A DNA stretch of 56,316 nucleotides, filler included, from Asterionella formosa (lineage: Eukaryota), in the NCBI GenBank assembly GCA_002256025.1. It is 6 parts of 6 records of this genome, joined end to end, with 100 filler letters (N's around TTAATTAATTAA, not from the genome) between each part and the next. Parts side by side here need not be neighbours in the genome. Positions count along the whole stretch, not along the records: positions 18,817 to 28,121 come from NKIB01010851.1; positions 28,222 to 37,524 come from NKIB01010853.1; 4 more parts are not named here. The stretch is one strand, 5' to 3'. Below the pieces are notes generated by a model, which saw only the letters and a program-made list of their open reading frames with translations, searched no databases and was not told the origin of the DNA. Positions 20,015 through 29,319 of this stretch are shown in pieces. How positions within the stretch are numbered: the first letter of the stretch is position 1; each line of letters begins with the position of its first letter. The position numbers and the translations under genes were made by a program.

Positions 20015-22951
20015 TCATCTTGTATGATAACGTTCCATGACTGATGAGGACATTTTGAGAAATTCTTCTTTAGCAATTGTCTCCTGATTGTTTATATTCA
20101 CAGCCAAGTTCCAAAGTGCAGTGCAACCATAGTGCTGCACAGTTGCATGTAAGGAATGAGTTTTCATTGCAGACAGAATTGTAGTGATACCTCCTTCATT
20201 AGCAATTGTCTCCTTGTTGCTTTTATTCACAGCCAAGTTCCCAAGTGCTGCACAACCATATGCTTGTACACCAGCATTGGAGGAATAAGTCCTCATTGCA
20301 AACAGAATTGTAGTGATACCTTCTTCTTTAGCAATTGTCTCCTGATTGTTTTTATTGACAGCCAAGGCAAAAAGTGCTTCACAACCATATTGTTGCACCT
20401 CTGTATTCTTTAGATGTACCTTCATTGCAGACAGAGTCCTAGTAATGAATTCTTCATCAGCAATTGCCTTCAGGTTGTTTTCATTCTCAGACACAATTGT
20501 AGTGATAACTCCTTCATCAAAAATTATCACCTTGTTGTTCTCATTATTCTTAGCCTTAGCCAAGTTTGCAAGGTTAACAAGACCTTCTTTTTGGATGTCA
20601 GCATTCTGCTCATTCATTTGCATCTTTGAAAAAGTTGCAGCAATTGGAGACAAAATTGAAGTTCTTGGAATATGAGCTGAAGGCTGAGATTGTGATTCTG
20701 ACAAATGAGGTGGCCCTTTAGTGTGCACTGGAGTTGCTGGAGCAGTGGGCCCAAGATAATCCACATCAACTTCATTGGATCCTTGGATTTGAGCTGAAGG
20801 CTGAGATTCTGATTCTGGCGAATGAGGTGGCCCTTTAGTGTGCATTGGAGTTGCTGGAGCAGTAGGCCCAAGGGAATCCACATCAACTTCACTGGATCCT
20901 TGGATGACCAAAGCTTCTTTATCAATGAACCCTTTGGTTTTGTCAGTTAAAATGATAGCACAAAGAATTGTAAAGATACCTCCTGCTTTAGCAATCTCAA
21001 TTGCCACCATGATGTAGGCATTCTTAAACAAGATCCAAAGTGCTTTAAGGCCATTTTCTAGAACACCAGCATCATAAGAATGCTGATCCATAGCAGACAG
21101 AATTGTAGCCATACCTCCTTTTTCAGCAATTATCACTGCGATGTTGTAATTCACAGCCAGGTTCCCAAGTGCTGCACAACCATCTTCTTGCACATTAGCA
21201 TTGGATGAATGAATCTTCATCACACACAGAATCATAGTGATACCTCCTGCTGCAACAATTGACACCTTGTTGCTGTCATTCACAGCCAAGTTGCAAAGTG
21301 CTGCACAACCATAGTGTTGTACATTTGCATTGGATGAATGCATTTTCATAGCTGACAGAATCCTAGCAATACCTCCTTCTTTAGCAATTGTCTCCAGGTT
21401 GTTCCCAATCATAGCCAAGTTCTGAAGTGCTGCACAACCATAGTGTTGCACATCAGCATTGGAGGAATGAGTCCTCATTGCAGACAGAATTTTAGTGATA
21501 CCTTCTTCTTTAGCAATTGTCTCCTGGTTGTTTATATTCACAGCCAAGTTCCAAAGTGCAGTGCAACCATAGTGCTGCACATTAGCATTGGATGAATGCA
21601 TTTTCATAGCTGACAGAATCCTAGCAATACCTCCTTCTTTAGCAATTGTCTCCTTGTTGTTTTTATTCACAGCCAAGTTCCCAAGTACAGCACAACCATA
21701 TGCTTGTACACCAGCATTGGAGGAATAAGTCCTCATTGCAGACAGAATTGTAGTGATACCTTCTTCTTTAGCAATTGTCTCCTGATTGTTTATATTGACA
21801 GCCAAGTACCAAAGTGCAGTGCAACCATAGTGCTGCACAGTTGCATTTGAGGAATGAGTCCTCATGAAAGACAGAATTTCACCAATTTTCAAGGCTTCAT
21901 AAAAGTTGTTTGTACAAATATTGAATTCGACAGGAAGCTTGATTGGTCTTTTATCCACATTGTCCAAAGCCTCCTTCCTTTTCGATAGACCTATGGAAAT
22001 GGGATCAGCTGGATTGCTACTGCTTGGTGTTGGAGTTGTTGTTGAGCTTGGTTGAAAGATAGAAAGTGCTCTTTTAGCTTGTTCAATCACACCAGCATTG
22101 GCTGAGTGATATTGCATAGCAGACTCAATTGCGACTTTTCCACCAGCATTGGAAATCTTCAACTGGTTGTTGTCATTCAGCAAGTTCTGTAGTGCTACAC
22201 AACCATATTTATGGATATTAGCATTCTCTGGATGTTTCTCCATTGCAGACAGAATCGCATCGATACCTCCTGCTTCAAAAATCATTGCTTGGTTGGTGTA
22301 ATCATTCTCAGCCCGGGTTCCAAGCTTCAAGAGACCATCTTCTTGAATGAAAGAATCCGACTCATTCTGTTGCATCTTTGAAACAGTTGAAGCAATCCAA
22401 TACGAAATTGAAGTGGCAGTAGACCCTTCTGCTTCAGCGAGTGGCACATTGTTGTTGGCATTCGAAGGCAAGTTCTGATGCTCCATAGGTGCCTTCTTTA
22501 TCGACTCATCTATAGAAATGGATTCAGTGGGATTGCTATCACTTGGTGTTGGCTTTGTTGGGGAAGAAGGATATTGTTTGTGGTCCCAATTGGCCTGAAC
22601 CAGTTTTTCAATATCATTTAGTAAACCGTCACCAATTGAATTACTACTGAGATCAAGTGTAGTCAAGACAGTATTGACCTTGAGAGCCTCTGCAATGGCC
22701 TTGGCTCCGTCAACACCAATTGAATTACCTCCAAGATCAAGTGTAGTCAAGGCAGTATTGACCTTGAGAGCCTCTGCAATGGCCTTGGCTCCGTCAACAC
22801 CAATTGAATTACCATAGAGAATAAGTCTAGTCAAGACAGTATTGACCTTGAGAGCCTCTGCAATGGCCTTGGCTCCGTCATCACCAATTAAATTATTCCA
22901 GAGATTAAGTGTAGTCAAGACAGTATGGAAGATGGCGGAAATTTTGTCCAT
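20015..22951 (-). CDS. LRR-family member B: 4 LRR units + linkers + ~12 ARM repeats (978 aa open frame, rearranged at both ends)
   Basis: LTxLxLxxNSIGxDGAKAIAEALKVNT units followed by 42-43 aa ARM repeats; lacks the MPRWEEDVK cap; the last ARM unit breaks off at KEE|FLKM. Confidence 0.88.
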   Translation of the reverse strand: MDKISAIFHTVLTTLNLWNNLIGDDGAKAIAEALKVNTVLTRLILYGNSIGVDGAKAIAEALKVNTALTTLDLGGNSIGVDGAKAIAEALKVNTVLTTLDLSSNSIGDGLLNDIEKLVQANWDHKQYPSSPTKPTPSDSNPTESISIDESIKKAPMEHQNLPSNANNNVPLAEAEGSTATSISYWIASTVSKMQQNESDSFIQEDGLLKLGTRAENDYTNQAMIFEAGGIDAILSAMEKHPENANIHKYGCVALQNLLNDNNQLKISNAGGKVAIESAMQYHSANAGVIEQAKRALSIFQPSSTTTPTPSSSNPADPISIGLSKRKEALDNVDKRPIKLPVEFNICTNNFYEALKIGEILSFMRTHSSNATVQHYGCTALWYLAVNINNQETIAKEEGITTILSAMRTYSSNAGVQAYGCAVLGNLAVNKNNKETIAKEGGIARILSAMKMHSSNANVQHYGCTALWNLAVNINNQETIAKEEGITKILSAMRTHSSNADVQHYGCAALQNLAMIGNNLETIAKEGGIARILSAMKMHSSNANVQHYGCAALCNLAVNDSNKVSIVAAGGITMILCVMKIHSSNANVQEDGCAALGNLAVNYNIAVIIAEKGGMATILSAMDQHSYDAGVLENGLKALWILFKNAYIMVAIEIAKAGGIFTILCAIILTDKTKGFIDKEALVIQGSSEVDVDSLGPTAPATPMHTKGPPHSPESESQPSAQIQGSNEVDVDYLGPTAPATPVHTKGPPHLSESQSQPSAHIPRTSILSPIAATFSKMQMNEQNADIQKEGLVNLANLAKAKNNENNKVIIFDEGVITTIVSENENNLKAIADEEFITRTLSAMKVHLKNTEVQQYGCEALFALAVNKNNQETIAKEEGITTILFAMRTYSSNAGVQAYGCAALGNLAVNKSNKETIANEGGITTILSAMKTHSLHATVQHYGCTALWNLAVNINNQETIAKEEFLKMSSSVMERYHTR
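20672..20906 (-). repeat. 117-bp (39-aa) in-frame tandem duplication inside member B
   Basis: IQGSxEVDVDxLGPTAPATPxHTKGPPHxxESxSQPSA occurs twice. Confidence 0.9.
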
Positions 22952-23310
22952 CTCTCCTCCTCATACATACCCGCAAATAGTATACACTAAACGGCAGTTA
23001 TCTGGTGGTTAGTCTACACTTTTTGTATACTTTTAGACTCTACTCAATTCCTCTCACGGACCAGGTTCCACGATTCAACTAAGGTAGCCGTACAGAAGTA
23101 TAAACTCAAGTGTATACTTTCCACTTCAACTGTCGAGGTGTGCTTTGTGGACGTACAATGTCAGTAGCGCAGTACCAGGTAGGAATTAATTGATATTCTA
23201 CACCACCAGCTTGGGGCCGTTTTCAATTCCCGACTCGATCAACTAGTACCGGTTTGCTGTTACATGGACAAATATACCAGTGCCAACTCCCCTAGTAAAC
23301 CCTGGTAACA

Positions 23311-23403
23311 GGTACCAGGTACCCTGGTTTCCAGGTAACATACCGGCACTCCGGTACCTGGTACTCTCAAGTGGTACCAGGTACCAGGTACCGGTACCTG
23401 GTA
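23311..23403. repeat. GGTACCA/TGGTACC low-complexity cluster (representative of a window-wide motif)
   Basis: ggtaccaggtaccaggtaccggtacctggta; similar clusters at 10066-10100, 26431-26466, 37930-38200, 42726-42864, 47219-47237, 47845-47863, 55928-55953. Confidence 0.85.
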
Positions 23404-23519
23404 AAAGGGGCACTCCGGTACCGTGCAGGAGGTAGAGGCATGTACGGGTGTTCTGTGCTATGGTCACCACTGTAAATTATTCTTCTGACTCCTTCATCAC
23501 TCAAACAAATAGGTAAGTC

Positions 23520-26177
23520 ACAATCACCTTACCTGCATTTTGTTCTAAAGGGACAGATGAACCTGTTGTAGTAATTGGAGGCAATATTGATGTCCATGAT
23601 GAGCACTTGGGTCAAATTCAAGAGACAGAAGATAACAGGCGAAAGCTGAAAACAAAAGAGGAACACCGCAACAGATTGAAGATAATAATTCAATGGTTGA
23701 AAGATCAATACCCTCAGTATACTGCAGCAGGTGGAATTATTTCAATTTCTCAAGAGCATGCAAGAAACCCAAATTTTTTCCAACACATTTCCAACGCACA
23801 AACACAGAAGACTTAAAGTACAATGGGATCAATGTCACTCCCATCAAAGCATTTCTTAGCCCTGCGAAGCGAAAATCAAATGGGAAAATATGCTCATTTT
23901 CAAATATTCGAAAGTCTCATAATTTCATTTTATTTGGTGCAGAGCAGGCATCAGAAGTTCTACCTCAAATCTACCATCAAGAAATACAAAAGTTTCTAGA
24001 ATCATTCAAGAAAGATTCAGTTAAAGCAAAGCGACAAGGCAATATTGATGAGCATGATGCAGATCAAATACCACTTCCACTATACAGTCACATTTGTGAG
24101 TGGACAGTGGCTGCTGGCAATATATTTGTATGGGCATTTACAGTGTGCCAATGGAACTGCATGGGCGGGTTGAAGTGCATCCATAGATCCATTGGGAATT
24201 CACAATTTTGCAATTGGTATTGATTCATTCAAGATAACATATGATGACTCAAAGACTGACAGTGCTGGCAATCATGTTAGCCCTAAGAATTTATATTCCA
24301 ATCCCTTTAAGCCACACATTTGCCCTGCAACTGCACTTGGAATCTGGTTGTCACTTCGTAATGAAGCTTTTACTAAGGATCGTGACTCCATATTCCTTGA
24401 TAATGGTACTCTTGGAAGTGCTGCTCATCGATACTGTCAACAGCTTGTTGAACTTCTGGCAGGTAATCATGACGAAGTTCGACAATACTGTTGTGCTGAG
24501 CAAGTGAAAAGCCATGGTCTCAGGAAAAGGTCTGCTACACATGCAACAAGTGGAACCACTGTTCCTCCACCACTTCCATCAGTGGCTAGAGACGATGAGG
24601 TGAATGGAGCCAAGGAACTATCTTTGACATATATGTTTTGTTTGCAGAACCTGGTGATCAATACCTTGGGTGATGTCTTGCAGGCCTCCCACCTAATGCA
24701 GTTGATTTCGCGGTTCTCCCACCACATTTCATTTATGGTATGGAAAATGGTGATGTCAAGCAGGCATTACAGATATTTTTTGGTTGCATCATTGACTTGT
24801 ATGAGGAGAGACAAAGTGGGGGTACTTTTTATTTGCAGATGATGGTCTCAGGAAAAGGTCTGTTATGTATGCAACATTGGAACCACTGTTCCTCCACCAC
24901 TTTCATCAGTGGCTAGATGAGGTGAATGGAGCCAAGGAACTATCTTTGACATATATGCTTTGTTTGCAGAACCTAGTGATCAATACCTTGGGCGATGTCT
25001 TGCAGGCCTCCCACCTAATGCAGTTGATGTCGCGGTTCTTCCACCACATTTCATTTATGGTACTATGGAAAATGATGATGTCAAGCAGGCATTACAGATA
25101 TGTTTTGGTTGCATCATTGACTTGTATGAGGAGAGACAAAGTGGGGGTATAGTTGGTTTTTTGCTCTACTTCTTTGCATCAGTTGTTTATCACATGGATG
25201 CCTTTGTTAAACCAATAATTGAGAAACAACCAAACCACCCATTTTCTGCATTTCCATTTTTGCAATATCCTGGCCTCCTTCAGCGCTTGCAAAAATTTGT
25301 GACACTTGATAGAACTGACAACATGCCCCAAGCCACAGGGATCCCACCACATATCATATTGATCACTCACAAAAATTGAGTGAGATTTTTCTAAAAGTCA
25401 CTCAGATAACATCAATGATGATGCATCAAAGAGAGGAAATCAAAGCTTCTGTAGTTCAAGCAATTGAAGAGCATGACATCCGTGGTGGTGTCATTACAAT
25501 CGATTTTCTAAACAATCGGTTGAAACAGCATCACAAACAGCTTCATCAGGTGCTTTGTGATCAGCTTCAACAAGGTGGAATAAATGATCAGGTAACTCGA
25601 CGACTCCACCAACAAGGTCAACAGAAGGGGATAGATGAAAAGTTTTGGCAGGTCCCAAGGGGTTGGCAGTTTCCTGAAAAGATTCTCTGCCGGACAGGGT
25701 GGAGTCTATGGCTAAATGGACAACCAGGCATTGTCAGACCATTTCGCCTTCTTGATCCACCGTCACTATCCCCTGACAAGAAGCTCCGGGATAGACTGAA
25801 ATTAGAGTGGAGACAAATTTTCCAAATGATGGAACAAGCACCAGACATGGAGATTCCAACAGGGTCACACAATGTCATACCAGAATTTGTTGAGCAACAA
25901 TCATTTCTGCAGGGAACTTATTATCTCAAGGCAAGAGCTGGATATGTTTTGGAGCGTTCAACAAGACCTGAAGTTCTTACTATCAGCTCATGGTCTAAAC
26001 ATGCATGTTCAGCGGAGTAACATTGAGAAGTTTGGGAATGATAATGACCGTGCCAATCTTCCACCTCCAGATCGGCAGAATGCTCCCCACAGCAATATAT
26101 GGCAGCGGTGGCGCCAGCTTGCACCTAAGGCACTTGATCAAAGAAGAAGAGTTCGTCAGAGACACAATTCTCCTTGA
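23520..26177 (+). mobile_element. Decayed Crypton-type (CryptonS-like) tyrosine-recombinase DNA transposon
   Basis: Frameshifted ORFs give WAFTVCQWNCMG(R), SKTD, NLYSNPFKPHICPATAL, HGLRK (HxxR), GTTVPPPLPSVA, FAEPxDQYLGRCLAGL and a C-terminal VPRGWQFP..GWSLWLNGQPGIVRPFRLL domain; no RT. Termini not identified. Confidence 0.8.
24514..25149 (+). repeat. ~310-bp internal tandem duplication of the recombinase catalytic segment
   Basis: 24514-24824 and 24842-25149 both run atggtctcaggaaaaggtctg...gagagacaaagtgggggta. Confidence 0.9.
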
Positions 26178-27455
26178 AATTACTTGCCTCTCCTCAGCCA
26201 GTTGAGCTGCTTGCTTTCGAGGTCAGCAGTGTGCAAACTACCAGTCAGCAAATTTAACAATGCAATGATGAGTTTCTTCTCTTCAATTGCTGGGATGTAA
26301 ATTAGATTATCTAGGTGCAGATGGGTTAGGTGTGTATTATATATCTGGCTGGATACCCATACTTTTCTACACATTTGCGAGACTAAACAATACTGGTTGC
26401 TCTGTCTCTTATCCTACAGTCGTAACTGCATTGGTACCAGGTACCAGGTACTGCGAGTACCTGGTATTTCATTTTACATGGTGCGTGTGTATATGATGCT
26501 GTGTATCATAGGGTGCATATTGCACCACAGCAGTGGAATATTCTCACCAGCATCCTACCCGGTAGATACTAAGCAAAAATATCAACAAAGACAACAAACG
26601 CAGCAGCAACAACAACAACAACAACAACAAGCAATGACCAGACCAATAGGATAAAAGTTGCATTTGCGAATTCAAATGCACATGCAGGTGTGATTGTAAT
26701 TCCCCAACGTCCTTCCTTGGGCAAGAAGATGAAGCGCAGTCTTTTGCAAGTCGAGACGATTGCGGATGGCAACGATATGGAAGAGGAAGACTATTAGTCA
26801 GTCACTTTGTGCTGACCTATAGTCCATGTTTGTGGATTCTTCATGGTAGTAGTAAATCCAATCAAATACTACCTGTTTTAGTTTAGTAAGAAATAGAGCT
26901 AAGGAATCAAATAAGTAGTAGTACTTCTACTAGCCACTATTTATATATTCAAATCGTTGATGTTTTGGCAGCAATGGATATCGCTGCCTTGCCATTCCAA
27001 TGGTGATGCTGCCAGTACTCCCAGTAACATTACACATCATATTCTATGATCCGAGCTCAGCAGACCACCAACTATGGGTTGACTGGCAGCGCAGCAGCAA
27101 CAACCGCAAGAACCAAAAGAACAACAACAACAACAACAACAACAACAACGAGTAAACGAAAAGAGAAAGGCCAATACCGAAGTGAGATAAAATTCGTACT
27201 TACCAATATTTTGTGTCCACGTTTACTGTATGGAGCTTTCACGGTGGTTCAAGCCCGTATCAGGGGATAGCAAAGTATTGGTATCACACAGGGTGTCGCC
27301 CTGTGTCATATGATCAGTACATCAGCACGAAAAACTGCTACGTTCCAAATCTGGAGTAACGAAATCACGACCGAAACAAAGCAACCCTGGACACGTCGAA
27401 GGAAAAATTAACCACGGAGAACGCAGCAATGTCCTTTTACATTTACCGGTACTTA

Positions 27456-27550
27456 TAGGATTAGTTACAGTTACATGCCCAGCCCTAGAAGGGCTGGATG
27501 CTCAATAGGGATGACGCGTAGAGGCGTTGTCCCTTTTCCCTAACCCTAAC
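27456..27550. repeat. Double-hairpin element with telomeric repeats, copy 2
   Basis: taggattagttacagttacatgcccagccctagaagggctggatgctcaatagggatgacgcgtagaggcgttgtcccttttccctaaccctaac; homologous to 4857-4990. Confidence 0.8.
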
Positions 27551-27768
27551 AGTTTTGGTGTGTGGCACGAAGGCTAGCAGCAGAAAGAAGATAACAATAC
27601 TAGTGGTATAGTAGGTAAGTCCTACGTAAGAGGAACCCGTCAGACGGGAAGGAGTACGAGACCTTTCAACATCACTATCATCTTCACTTTTAACACAAAA
27701 AACACGTTTCACTTGAACAAGAACAAAAAAGAAGTCGCTCGTCAATCACAATAAAGACGACATTCACA

Positions 27769-28121
27769 ATGCCTAGATGGGAAGAAGAAGTCAAACGGTT
27801 GAAAGCGAATGATCCAAGGTTGACTACACTTGATCTCAGTTTTGATTTAATTGGTAATGACGGAGCCAAGGCTATTGCAACTCGGAGATAATTCAATTGA
27901 TAGTAATTTACTAAATGATATTCAAAAACTGGTTGAGGCCAAGAGGGACCACAAACAACATCCCTCTTCCCCAACAAAGCCAACACCAAGTGATAGCAAT
28001 CCCACTGAATCCATTTCTATAGATGAGTCGATAAAGAAGGCACCTACAGAGCATCAGAACTTGCCTTCGAATGCCAACAACAATGTGCCACTTGCTGAAG
28101 CAGAAGGGCTTGCTGCCACTT
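27769..28121 (+). pseudogene. LRR-family member C: internal deletion/frameshift, truncated by the contig end
   Basis: MPRWEEEVKRLKANDPRL start; deletion at ~27880 joins GAKAIA out of frame to the last LRR; linker nearly identical to member B 22415-22620. Confidence 0.88.
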
Positions 28122-28221
28122 NNNNNNNNNNNNNNNNNNNNNNNNNNNNNNNNNNNNNNNNNNNNTTAATTAATTAANNNNNNNNNNNNNNNNNNNNNNN
28201 NNNNNNNNNNNNNNNNNNNNN

Positions 28222-28824
28222 ATGGCTAAAGCGTATGTCTTCAGTCCAGCAGATTCCTTGCTTGTTCACCTACTGCTACAAAAGATGACTCACAGATATC
28301 CTCTTGTCTGACTGGATGAGCGTTGCAATACACCTAGATACTCAGTCCTTTGAAAGTTTCTACAAAATCATGGTGAGGTGGTTGAAGCATTATTGTACTC
28401 ATGACATGTTCCTTTGAAAGTCAGCATCAGCGGATGTGGATATTCTGAAAAAACTCGATAAAACCGTTCAATGTGCTGTTGATGAATGTCACTGCCTGTC
28501 TCAAGACCTTACAGAATTTCCTAAAACTCGTGATAACTCATCCAGACGATCAAGAGGTTTCCGCCAAGGAAGATTTGAGGTCGATTGTCGTTTTGCTTGA
28601 TTGACTATGCGTGGCAACAAGTGTTTGAATGGAACAATGAAAAGAATACAAAATAATTGATTCGCTTGGTTTTGACATACTTCAAGAGTCAACAATTATT
28701 CAAAGATCAACTCAAGCACATCCTCAAGCATAAATTCTACCATAAGCCGAAATCGACTTTGCATCGCTGAAGGCAATTGTGTTATGTCAAGAGAACGCGC
28801 GTGCCTGGTGTCAATTTTCTAACA
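28222..28824 (+). repeat. Continuation of the LTR-like repeat seen at both ends of contig 2; probable end ...CTAACA
   Basis: First 53 bp match the reverse complement of 9410-9462; right boundary inferred only from the CA end and a change in composition. Confidence 0.55.
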
Positions 28825-29319
28825 CAAAATCGTATATAAATAAATGAAGTTCTTGAAGACGATTCCATGATGCATCAAGAAAATAAACGTGACTAGCTAG
28901 TGCCGATTTTAACAAAAGATCGTCTTCGCATTGCTAAATGCAGTCCTGTGATGTATAAAGAATACAACCACCATTTCAAGCGCAAATTTGTACATGATAA
29001 CTTTATACTCAGTGGCAATGGCAGGGCACATGCATTTTAATGCAGCCGGCCACGCATGGGATATGAAACAACGGTCAAACATAAGGTTCATGGAGTTAAC
29101 ATTACTAACACTACTTACCTTGTTCCATTTCAGACTCCTGTTCCTGTTCCTCTGGCGTAGAAATTCTACGCAGAGCAAATTATCATACTAACACAGCTAC
29201 CGGTAACTCTATTCATGTTTTTCTTCCATGCATGTTTTATGCAAGCAAATCCATGGGTTAACTGCAGACTGGGAAGGTAAGGACGGTATTAGGAGGTATG
29301 TACACACGGTTGGCAAAAC

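Noticed and set aside
22620..22925. Diversity-generating retroelement (NNT codons resemble AAT mutagenesis)
   Set aside because: Synonymous adenines in the framework (gga, gca) are unmutated, some variable codons change at the third position (tgg, tga, gga), and no template repeat or DGR-type RT is in the window.
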